This document shows positions 22,946 to 34,438 of a stretch of DNA of 34,438 nucleotides, in pieces; the first letter of the stretch is position 1, and each line of letters starts with the position of its first letter. The notes below the pieces were generated by a model. The model ran no database searches and was not told where the DNA came from. It was given only the letters and a program-made list of their open reading frames with translations. A program made the position numbers and the translations under genes. Source of the DNA: Spirogloea muscicola (lineage: Eukaryota); the NCBI GenBank assembly GCA_009602725.1, contig WELB01000005.1:155474-189911 (forward strand), read 5' to 3'.

Positions 22946-23745
22946 AGCACACAGAAGACTGTCATGCCAGCATTCACGTGACTGAGGTGGGACGCTGTAA
23001 ATCTATCCTTCCATGCTGCTGCATGACGTGAACTGTGACATGCACTGTGAACTGTGAACTTCGTTGCACCATGCAGCAATGCCAAGGTTGCATTAGTAAG
23101 TGTGTCATGTGCAGATGTCGTGATTCACTGCACAGTGGCCGTCTCTATGAGCGGTGCAGGGTTGTGGCGGCAATGGAGGAGCTATGCTGGAGGACAAGCG
23201 CCATACGAAGGACGCAGTGTGCCCTACACAATGAGGTACTAGCAAGCTCGCTTAGCAGGTGTCAACATAACATGCTCTGCTAAATGTCTGCCTCAAACAG
23301 AGCTTGTAGACAAGAGCACTGAGGCAAGCGGCAGATCAACTCTTTGCAGGCCTTCGATTTCCTATTTGCCGCTCCAGGTCCAGGCTCCAATGGGCCCCTC
23401 AAGAGCTAGCTTGATAACTGCGGATACACTCCACGACAAGACGACATTGTGGCTTACTGACCTCGACATCAAGGACGAGGCCTGGCAGCCTCTGTGCGGC
23501 GGGGCAACGTGCAGCTTCTCGGGCAAAGCTGCCTGGCAGCTAACGCTGCCTCTGCATGAGCCTTGTGCGCTTGACGCTGTCGCAAAGAACATGCATCAAG
23601 GTGGAGATCAATGATAACAACCATGGTTATAAATGTGTCCTTGATTCAAGTGGAGCTCTATTGCGAAAACAGCTGCAGTCAAGCTAGCCACCTTAAGGTG
23701 TGAGGGATCGAGCTGCAGGATCTAAGACCTTTGCACGAAGACATG

Positions 23746-26387
23746 TCAACCAGCAAAACTACCCCACTCATCCTCACGCAGCCCTGGGGCCTGCGGTATG
23801 GTGGTCCCGAGCGTCGATAATGAGGTAGCAAAGGTACCCCACTCATCATCATCAATAACGCTGCCAGCTTGTACACTAGCAGCAGGATATGCAGCCGGCA
23901 GTGGCGCCGCCACCTTGGCCTTCAGGAAGTTGCCATTGTCCTCTTTGAAGTCCAGGCCTTCATCAGGCAGCGCTCCTGGTGCAGGGTTAGCCGATTGTGA
24001 GTCAGCCATTACCTGCCTGCTGATTATCATGTCCTGCATATCGAGTGCGAAGACTGCTTCCAGCACCGGAAGGTCCTCTCCAATTTTTCCATCCTCGAGC
24101 TGGAGCCCTATGGGCTGATAAGGTGGTGGTGATAGGCCTTGGCTGATGGTGGTGGTGGCATCCGTCGCTCCTGCAGGGCCTGCAAAGTCGCCCCACTGGT
24201 CGCTGTCGCTGTTGTTGGTCGCTACCTCCGCAACCACCTCCGCCACTGAGCCCGCCGCAGTGGCGGAGCCTGCCACAGACGGCGCAGCGAATGCGCCCCA
24301 CTCGTCTTTGTCGTCAAAGCCCTTGCTGTCACCCTCAAGGTCGGCGGCAGCTTCACCACTTGGTGTCGCTGGTCCGCCAATGGCCTGCTGCTGCGTCAGC
24401 CGTGCCGCAGCGAGGGGTTTCCAGAAGTCATCACCGAACTCGTCCTCAACCGTGTCAGGGACGAGGACAGGCAGGCTTCTGTCATCGTCGGGCTCTGTCA
24501 TGACCGGCACACCAGGCGGTCCTCCAAAACTCTCCGACTTGCTGCCATCCTTGCTGCTGTTCCCGCTGAGCAGTGCATCCTCTGCTGCCAAGACAGCTGT
24601 GATCGCCCCCCCATCATCCGCAACAGGAACTTGTGGAGAAGGGCGCTCATAAGCGACGGCAGCCAAGATCACATTGCTGCCGTCGACTTCTCCTACCTCA
24701 TCGTCACTGCCACCGCCAGCACTGCCATCGAGCAAGTGCAATGGGGTGCTCGTAGCCTTGGTGAACGCCTCCTCTGTGTCGTTGCCAGTTCCTCCCTCAA
24801 GGGGCTTGCTGCAACCACCGCTGCTTCCATTGTCAGGCGGGGTCCCCTCAAAGGTCCCCCATACATCGTCGTCGTTGTTGGCGCCGCCACCCCCCTCGTC
24901 CAGCTCAAGGCCCTGTGTGGTGGCGACGCCAGGCTGGGGCATTGCTTCAGGGAGGGCCACTCTTTGCCCTTCCACAGGACAGGTGGTAGCGGCAATTTGG
25001 CCGCCAACGTCGGCTGTCGGTGCCTCAACAAAACCGTCCCAATCGGCGTCATCATCCGCGTCATGTCCTCTCTCTGTAAAGGTCCCAGGCACCGGCAGCA
25101 GGGCTGCAGTCGTCAATGGCGCCAATAAGGCAGGCCCTCCTGGCGCTGGCTCAACAAAACCACCCCATTCGTTCTTGCCGCCGCCGCCGTCCAGCTCAAG
25201 GCCCTGTGTGGTGGCGACGCCAGGCCAGGGCATTGCTTCAGAGAGGGCCACTCTATCCCCTTCCACGGGACCAGTGGTGGTGGCAGATTGGCTGCCAACA
25301 CCGGCTGTCGGCGCCTCAACAAAACCGTCCCAATCGGCATCGTCATCTACGTCCATTTCGCTCTCTGTAAGGGTGCCGGGCAATGGCGGCAGGGCTGCAG
25401 TCGTCAATGGCGCCGATGAGGCAGGCCCTCCTGGCGTTGGCTCGATGGAACCGCCCCAATCGTCCTTGTCCACACCACCAAGCTTGACGGCCTCCAGCGG
25501 CCCCACGGAGACTGCGGCAGCGTCCATGGCCGGCCATCCATTGCCATCGTTGGCCTCCTCAACAGCTTGCGCCTGGTAAGGCGTGTGATAGCTGGGCTGG
25601 AACTCAGTGTAGGACCCACCCTCGACACCGGCGCTCACAACACCGCCAGCACCGCCGTCACTGGTACCATCATCGGCAGCAGTGTCAGGCCAGTTGGGCG
25701 TCGTCGCCGGCGAGAATCCAAGGAGGTCCTCAACACTCATGACCGCTGCTGAGTGCGTCCCTTGCGATGTCTGGCCGGCATAGTTGGAAGGCGGCAGTTG
25801 GCCAAAGAAGTCCAAGTCCAAGTCCGAGTCCACGGCCGCTGCCGCCACCTCCGCCGTTGTCGTCGTCGACGGGCCAGCCTGCTGAGCGCTGCCGCCGCCC
25901 CAGGCCAGCAGGCCCCACGCCCAGCATCATTGACTTGTCAGGCAGGAGTTGAAGTATCGTGCGGCACTGTCATCTTGGCAGGCTGGCGGCAACGCGCGCG
26001 TCGAGGAGCCATGGGCTGGCGCGCCACCTGGCAATGGCAGCGAAGCTGTCAAAAGGGTCGGGACTCTCGCCGGCCGCCAGCGGTGGTGCCACAGGGATGC
26101 CGGAGGCCGCCGTCCCCGGGAAGGAGGAGCTGCCGACCGCAGCAAATTGGTCGAAGTCATCAGCAGGCCGGCCTGCCGCTGCTGCCGCCTCTGATGGCGC
26201 ATCGCCGGCCAACCCGCCCGCGCCTGTTGCCTGTTGCAGGGGTCTCTCCTCCTGCGAGCCACCGCGAGTGCTGGACTGCTGATGGCCCGCAGCCGGCAAG
26301 CCGACCAGCGGCCTGGAACACGCTGGCCGCTGCTCGCCAGCGCCCGATGCGGCCAGCGCTCTGTGGATCTACGTTTGCTGTGGCCAT
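23746..26387 (-). CDS. Acidic low-complexity protein with many (D/E)WG-x-F / DF motifs; aftiphilin/gamma-synergin-like adaptor-ear ligand (putative)
   Basis: 700-codon ORF 25848-23746, extendable by phase-compatible splicing (acceptor before 25888, donor after 26028) to an exon with DDFDQF and DPFDSF; possible micro first exon MATAN (26387-26373). 5' and 3' ends uncertain. Confidence 0.7.
24879..25461 (-). repeat. Intragenic in-frame tandem duplication, period 291 bp (97 aa)
   Basis: ccagctcaaggccctgtgtggtggcgacgccagg starts at both 24900 and 25191; the peptide WGG..EP.PGGPA..APLTTAAL...DDDADWDGFVEAPTA...GVATTQGLELD occurs twice. Confidence 0.95.
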
Positions 26388-26440
26388 GGGGTTGCGGGTG
26401 ACAGACCTCCCCTAAGACTCTGATCCGCCCTCAAAAGCCC

Positions 26441-26735
26441 GCACCCTAACCCTAACCCTAACCCTCGACCATGCGAAGTAAGGCATGTGTAGAACAGCAA
26501 CTGGGCAGCGGCGGCGGTGTTACCGCGGAAGCTTTCACCCTGTACTAGACCCTTCACCAGCTTTAAGGCATAGGGTTCAGGATCTAAGGTGTTTGGGTTT
26601 AAGGCTTTAGAGTAAAGGACGCTTTAGTGTAGGACAGCAATTGGGCGGCGGCGTGCAACTGCGGAAGCTAGCACCCAAACCCTTGACCAAGCGAAGTAAG
26701 GCATGTGTGGGACAGCACAATGGGGCGGCGGCAAG
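26441..26735. repeat. Degenerate local repeat containing (CCCTAA)3 telomere-type units
   Basis: ccctaa x3 at 26444-26461; gcgaagtaaggcatgtgt at 26473 and 26691; tgt.g.acagca..tgggc at ~26488, ~26627 and ~26706; gcggaagct at 26525 and 26661. Confidence 0.75.
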
Positions 26736-26809
26736 CGCGCACCTGGAGGCCGAGCGCGGCGAGGAGGTGGCGGCGGGCGAGCGAGGCGGCCCAGCGGGCG
26801 CGCGCGGCG

Positions 26810-27853
<1,044 letters not shown>

Positions 27854-27928
27854 CAGCCCTGCCGGAGCCGGCATCGGCCGGCAGCGCCGGCCTGAGTCGC
27901 CGCCGCCCCCGCCGCCACCGCCGCCGCC

Positions 27929-30900
27929 ATGTCGGGCGGCCTGACTACCGTCGGCGCGCTCACGCTCTCCGTCGTCTCCTCCGTCTCCATCGTCATCTGC
28001 AACAAGGCGCTCATCAGCGGCCTCGACTACCCCTTTGGTCAGCGCCCGCCGCCCCGCCGCGCGCCGCCGCCGCCGTCATTGCTCACGGCACACCATAGTT
28101 AGTGACTCCACTGAGGCGCTGAGAGCTCGCTCGCCACATATCGGACGGGTGTTCGAGTCCCAGTGGTGGCATCTCTGGGGTCACTGTCAAGAGTGCACCG
28201 GGCGCCGCAGCCTGAGAGCCGAGCTTGTCAATCCCGCATTGCGGGCGCTCGCGGGAAGCTCGGCTTGCTGGATGCCCGAGGCTGCGAGCTTGCCAGCAGC
28301 TTGCATGGCAGCCGCCAGACGGACTCCATTATAACACAGTATAAGTCCCGATCTGCAGTCCTCCGAGAGCAATGCATCAGATTGGCCAGCGCGCAGTCAG
28401 AAGGGGCGCTCGTCCGCAGTTGTAAAGGACTCGCTGGCTGTTGCGCGGTTCCACATTGCTTTGACACTGTCCTTGGCCGGCCTTGCCCATACAGCAACGA
28501 CGCTGACCAGCTGGCATCTGCTGGTCACGTTCCTGAGCCTGCACGTGGCGAAGCTCGTCGGCCTGTTCGAGCACAAGCCCTTCGACGCCCGCACCGTGCT
28601 CGGCTTCGGCGTCCTCAATGGCACCTCCATTGGCCTCCTCAACCTCAGCCTCGGCTTCAACTCGGTTGGATTCTACCAGGTGAGGGCCACCGCTGCGCCA
28701 CCTCAGCCACCACGCCAATCTCAGTACTGGCCATCTTCTGTCCACTCCGAGCGAGCATCAGATACTAATGCCAGTGTTGCAAGCCAGCTGCTGCCCAATC
28801 AGCACACCTTTGTCTAACTTCGTACTCGGACTTCGACCAATGGCTGCACTCCAGCCGCACTCCAGCCATGCTTGTGAACCTTTCCTCAGAGCTCCAGCCT
28901 TGTCGAGTTGCAAGCCTGCTGCAGAGCGCTGTCTTTGCAGGCACTGAGCCTGCTTAAGGAAGCATTCTTGAAAGGTCACTCATGGTCCTTTGCCTGCGCT
29001 CCATTGCTCGCTTGCAGATGACAAAGCTCGCCATCATCCCGTGCACAGTGCTCCTCGAGACCATCTTCTTGCGAAAGCGCTTCAGGTACTGCTTCAAGAG
29101 CCCATTTAGCAACTTGAGCAACCCTTGCAGAAGGATGCGCTGCGATCTCATTAAATTGAATGGCTTCTGGTGGCTAGTGCCTGCCTTGCATATGTCCAAG
29201 TTTGCACTCCATCAGCATTGTCATGCGCACGGCTGTCTTCCTCTTTTCCTCCCTGCAGCGCCAATGTGCAGCTCTCGCTGTTGATCCTGCTCGCGGGCGT
29301 CGGCATCGCGACAGTCACTGATCTGGAGCTCAACTTCGTCGGCACTGTGCTGTCGCTGTTGGCCATTGTTACGACCTGCGTCGCGCAGATTGTGAGCTCA
29401 CGAGCCTCCACTCCTCGCTCCTGCCGGTCATCATCAAGGAACGCTGTAGTGCTGCAGCGGCCATGGTTGATCTCCCAGCTCGTCTTTTAGACTCGGTAAC
29501 AGGCCAGGCTTCTGCTCTTTTGGCAGCCCTGAAATGACTTCCTGCACTAGCAAGCAGCAGTTAAGCGCATCCCTCTGTCCTATCACCCCTACCTGACTTC
29601 AGCAGTGATGGAAGTCTCTGCAATCCTCACCAATTGTTGTCGCTCCTGGCTGAGCGAGCAAGTGCAGATGACCAACACGATTCAGAAACGATTCAAGGTC
29701 TCTTCAACGCAACTGCTTTACCAGTCGTGCCTTATTCAATCTGCCACGCTCCTCTTTACGGGGCCATTTGTGGACGGCTTTCTTACAAACCTCAATGTCT
29801 TCAAGTTCGACTATACGACATTGGTTGTGGTGAGCATGTGTTCCATGTTGCTCTCGTCAGCCTGTGGCAGTTGCAAGTATTATTGGCAAGCCAAGTTTAC
29901 TGCAATGGCTGCTACAATAGAGCCACCTGTGGGGCGGCCTTACGGTGCAGGTGTTGCAGCTTCAAGGGCATGTCATAGTACAAATCTTTATTCATACATA
30001 CAGGAGCAGCTGGGAGATCTCAGCACAATCTGATCATACTAACACTGTTTGGCTGGTCCTGTCTGTGCCCTGGGCAGTTCTTCATTCTGCTGTCGTGCCT
30101 TATCTCAGTGTCGGTCAACTTCAGCACTTTCTTGGTCATTGGGAAGACATCGCCGGTGACATACCAGGTGCTGGGCCACCTCAAGACCTGCCTCGTGCTC
30201 GCATTCGGTTACATCCTCCTCAAAAACCCCTTCAGGTGAGAGTGATTGCTGGGGTGGAACATGCACTGTCTGACAACACGCAATCCTAAGGCCAGGGTCC
30301 ACACAGTGCATCATGATAAGCATTGGGAGGGCGTTGACACGGGTTACATTGAGGGACTTGTGCCTGATCACGAAACACTGCTGTGCTGCCATGGCTGCAG
30401 CTGGCGCAACATAGCGGGCATCTTCCTAGCCATGCTAGGCATGGTTTCCTACTCGTACGTCTGTATCAAGGAGAGCGGACAGAAGGCCAAGGACACCGCG
30501 CCTTTGCCCGTTGTGAGTGTCCTCCACATTCCAGTGCACTATTTTACCAGCTCTGCCTCCACGAGTCCTGCAGTGTTTGCTCACGGAGGGTGTTTCTCAG
30601 AGGCTTTGTGCGGCCTTACCTCTAATCGTTGGCTGGCTTAGCCACTTGAGCAGTCAAAGCATGCTGCATGCATGCATCCATTTGGACTTGCAACTAGTTG
30701 CTCTATCTGGAGATATCTAAAATTTCTGGTAGTTAGAATCCGGAATTGTGGTATTTTGATAATTGAGAATCTCTAAGTACCTGCTACTTGAGCTATTTGC
30801 TCTGCTGGCGCTATGCAATTTGCTCCAGCACTATGTGCAACTAGAGTCAACATCGCAGTCGCTGACATTCAGTGTCCACAATGTTTCTTCTGAGCTACTG

Positions 30901-31063
30901 CTGGTGCTTGTACGATTTGCCTCGTCTAATACTGCGTGCACGGATGATATCGACTGGTGCGATGCAGGTGACCACGGAGAAGGAGACTGAGCCGCTTCTG
31001 AACCCCGAGGCTCCCAATGAGGAGCCCGACAATTTTGAGTCTGAGCGGGATGTCAGGGCGTAG
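27929..31063 (+). CDS. UXT: Golgi nucleotide-sugar transporter, UDP-xylose transporter (UXT2/3-like, TPT family)
   Basis: Exons 27929-28037, 28495-28679, 29018-29085, 29259-29391, 29668-29829, 30078-30235, 30401-30512, 30968-31063. GALTLSVVSSVSIVICNKALIS, ATTLTSWHLLVTF, LLNLSLGFNSVGFYQMTKLAIIPCTV, TNTIQKRFKVSSTQLLYQS, IGKTSPVTYQVLGHLKTCLV. Confidence 0.95.
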
Positions 31064-32353
31064 GACTGCAAAGTCGTCTAATTCGGCTCTCAGACCGAGG
31101 CCGGTACCTGGACGCGCCTGCCACTGACACACACTGCCACCTAGCTTTGTGGCTCTGGCGTTCTCATCTGCAGTCCAGTCAACTCTGTGCTTGCTATGTC
31201 ACTGTTCAAAGTAGCTGTCATTGTCTATAGACGACCTTCTACTCTTGTCTTTTTAAGGAATCTGTAGTCAGTCCATGTCCTGATGAGAGCATCTTTGCAC
31301 GTGTGCGGCCTTGTGCGCAGGCTAATGCAGAAGATGCAGCTAAACCCCGGCCGGCAAAGGCCGCCCAAGCTGCCGAGAGCACGGACCCTGTGTATGCCTA
31401 GGCAGGGGCGGCGCAGGATGTCAGGGGCCTGGGTGAGCGCGAGCCAGGTCCCTGCTAAGCTGTTGCGCCCCACAAGCAAAGCAGATGTCGAATACAAGCC
31501 CCCGCCCGTCACCGAGGGTGGGGGTCGTTTAATTCTGGACCAGGTGTCAGGTTGTTACCATGGAGCAGCCGACTTCACTAGGGCGAGTTGGCACATTGCG
31601 ACCATCACTTTTGGCTGCTTCCTGCAATCTGGCCCGAGTAGTTGAGTGCAGGGTGTGCATCTGTCCCACATGCAGCAGTGGGCCTGCCGTGGACCTCATT
31701 CTGGCTTTGGTCACGGCAGCTGAAGCAAGCCAATCAAGCATGCTGCATTGTTGGCACTGCAGAAAAGCCTCCTCGCTGAGCAACGACCTCGACCGATGAG
31801 CCTCTCAGCTTAAGCATATACTCTCACCACTTTTCAACGTCTATCTGGCACCAAAGAGCAACTTGGGGAACTCAACGATGGTGCAATTATGATCTGCACG
31901 TCTTGCATGCGAGCGTGTCCACTCGCAACAGCCTTTGCTTATCAGTCAGCCTTGCCATGCAATCCTGGACTCAAAACAGATCAACCTCTGCCTAGCTGCC
32001 CTTCAAATTGAAGCCTGACTGCTGATTACTGCAATCCATGAGCAAGCCCACTGAACACAGCTTCTGGGCTACGCTATGCACAGGTGAACCTGGCTCATTG
32101 ACAGAATCTAGCAGCGCAATGCTAGCAGTAATGTACTCTTTCACAGAGTCCTCATAATGTGATGTTTCGTTATGAATGTCAATGTGGTCTGAACAATCGC
32201 CAGTCAAGGTGACTGGTGGCTTGGCAGAGTGATACACTGTACATGGCCAATGCGGCCAAAGTGGTGGGTTAGGAAGCCTACCAGTGAGGCGGCCCGCTTA
32301 GCCCTGCACTGAAGCCCGCTGCCAAGGGCAAGCGCAGTGCGTCACCTCTGGCA

Positions 32354-34370
32354 CTACCTCTTGGCAACACCTGGCCGCTTCCACTTGGCCACTCGGTCTA
32401 GGACACGCTCGACCGCGACATCAAAGGCATCAGCAAACTCGCCCAGCCGCTCGCTGGGCTCCGCATACAGCAGTGCTGGAATGAGGCGCCACACCGCCTC
32501 CCGCATGGCCTTGACGCGCTCGGCCGGAATGGCGCGCAACTCCGCCTCGATGTCCATGGTGCCATCCAGCACGCCGTGCTCGGGTAGAACCACCGAGTAC
32601 AGACTCTCCTCGCCTGTGGCAGCAGTAGCAGGCGCGGGCTCCGACAGGTCAGTCACGCAGCGTTTGCTGGCCTGCTCAGAGCTAGGCAGCTTGCCCAACC
32701 GGCACCAACTTTTGAGGAGATACAGCTGTACCCATCCTTGATGGACGCCTTCTGGCGGAGACGCCTAAACCCTGAAAGCTGCAAAACGGGGTCGGGCATG
32801 GTGAGCGAGGGGACACCTGGGAGGTGCCAGCTGTGCTGGCGCAGCGCCGGGTCGGCGGCAAAGAGCACGGGGATGCAGCCGGCAGCCAGGGCCTCGAACA
32901 CGGAGCGCCGCTGGAGTGCGTGGTTGCCCGGCGGGTGCAGCGAGAAGAGTGCACGCAGGTAAGCGTCTGCCAACCCCCCCACGCCATGACCACCAGTGTG
33001 TCAGCCTCGATTGTGTATGCCCAGCAAGAGGGCGGGCGGGCATCTCAGCTGGGGGCGCAGACCGTTGTAGAGACCCTCGGGTGAGCCGCAGTTGACGTGG
33101 CCGCTGGCTGCTCCGCCGCACTGCGCAAGGCGGCAGGCCGGCGACCGCTGGCACTGCCCCCGCACCGCCACCTGCAGCGCTGCCGCCGAGTCACCACTGC
33201 TGGCCCCCCGCCGCTGCAAGCCCGTCGGCACGACGAGGCACGACAGGAAGTCCCGCTGCGCATCGATGACCTTCATCTGCTTGCCGCCGCCACGCTCGCG
33301 CCCAGGTGCTGGTCAGCGCTGCCGCTGCCGTTGTCACCTGGATGCCTTGCAGTCGACGCAGACTTGCCGTGCCCGAGTCCCCCAGCTGACGCGCTGCAGC
33401 GTGGGATCTGGCGGTTAATCGGCCGGCGCCCAAATGTTGGGCTGGCTGACATGGTCAGCCCCCTGAGAGAATCAGTTGCTGCACCTGCCACAGGAAGAGG
33501 TCCTCAACGCTCGAGGGGTGGAAGAAGGTCGGGTACGGCAACGGCGCCGCGTCGCCACCAAAGCCCGCGCCGCTCTCCGCATGCAGCTTCATCACCTGTG
33601 TCGCCGGCACCGCCATCGTTGGCTCAAGGTGCGCAACCAGCCGGCGCATGCAGGTGAAGGTCGGAGGCGGGTGGCCGTGAACCTGGCGCAGAGCGGGGAG
33701 GTCGAGGAGGCCATTGCCCCAGGAGCTGCCGTTGGCATCATCGCGGCGGAAGTCCCACGCGCTGCGCGCAAAGACCATGAAGTGGTCCTGGCCGCCGTGC
33801 CGCTGCCAAGGAGCACCACTGGGCCGCGTCAGGTGTTCGCCAGCGGCGGCGTATTTGGCTGTGCAGGCAAAGGGGGGACGTCGGTGCACCTGCCACTCTG
33901 GGCGTGCAGCGAGCCAGGCGGCGAGCGCAGCCGGCACGCGGTCGACCGCCTCCTTGCCGCAGCCGCGGCAGAACAGGTGCCTCTCAACCTCCAGGCCTGC
34001 CGCCACCATTGCTGCCGCCGTTCAGGGCGCTGCCCGGCGACTGGTCGCGGAGGACAGCACCGCGGCAAACTCGCCGAGGCTCGCAGCATGGGCAGCACGA
34101 GCATGTGGGTCTCGGCAGAGGCTCACCAAGGCCACAAGCAACTCAGTACAAATTGGGTGTTATTATACTCATAATCATTACAATTAGCTTATATTAAGCT
34201 CAAAACCGGCAGTTCTGTGACCTGGGTAGAAGGGCACGTAGAAGGCGTCGGCGGCGGCGGCGTCGGGCTCGAGGCAGCGGTAGGCGTGCATGCGGTGGTG
34301 GAACAGCGCCTCCAGCGCGTGCGTGCTCGTCTGGTGCCACGCCCCGATGCCGTCCAGCGCGCTGCCCTGC
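32354..34370 (-). CDS. Exostosin-family GT47 clade A glycosyltransferase (MUR3/XLT2/XUT1-like xyloglucan side-chain transferase); 5' part outside the window
   Basis: Exons ~34370-34222, 33996-33890, 33802-33683, 33595-33485, 33276-33063, 32966-32817, 32613-32354. LEALFHHRMHAYRCL, AFYVPFYPGL, HGGQDHFMVFARSAWDFRR, PYPTFFHP, RRSVFEALAAGCIPVLF, WHLP, MREAVWRLIPALLYA, DAFDVAV. Confidence 0.92.
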
Positions 34371-34399
34371 TGCCACAGCGGCGGCGGCGTCGGTCATAG

Positions 34400-34401
34400 C
34401 A

Positions 34402-34438
<37 letters not shown>
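34400..34438. repeat. (GGC)n trinucleotide run
   Basis: Direct observation; similar GCC/GGC runs at 1-45, 7622-7645, 15797-15832 and 27898-27928. Confidence 0.9.

Noticed and set aside
23362..23592. Possible extra 3' exon of the acidic-motif gene
   Set aside because: A phase-compatible splice is possible, but the peptide is unrecognisable; not supportable without transcripts.
24146..25579. Long + strand ORFs (168 and 301 aa)
   Set aside because: Antisense shadows of the GC-rich minus-strand coding exon.
31279..31300. CTGATGA as a hammerhead ribozyme core
   Set aside because: No matching stem II plus GAAA arrangement follows.
31225..32237. Short ORFs between UXT and GT47
   Set aside because: No recognisable motifs or consistent exon chain; probably UTR or intergenic.

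Overview
Eukaryotic, GC-rich, intron-dense genomic scaffold with two N-gaps. Gene content (plant-type UXT, GT47 clade A, CLASP, SAE2) points to a green plant lineage, most plausibly a streptophyte alga (inference). Bases 1-6690 are a dense nest of decayed CRE-clade-like non-LTR retrotransposons (RT + CCHC knuckle + restriction-like endonuclease). The copies are mostly 3'-end stubs inserted into one another, with readable target-site duplications, tail-to-tail palindromes and a recurring 3'UTR hairpin; more stubs sit at ~10.2-10.7 kb. The rest holds six spliced genes: a HIT/HINT3-like hydrolase (+), SAE2/UBA2 (-, with a GC-AG intron), a divergently transcribed CLASP-like gene lacking TOG1 (+), an acidic protein rich in W/F-G-x-F motifs resembling aftiphilin/synergin (-), a UDP-xylose transporter (+) and a partial MUR3/XLT2-like GT47 (-). 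Exon models were read by eye from GT/AG junctions and protein family recall; no database search was run.
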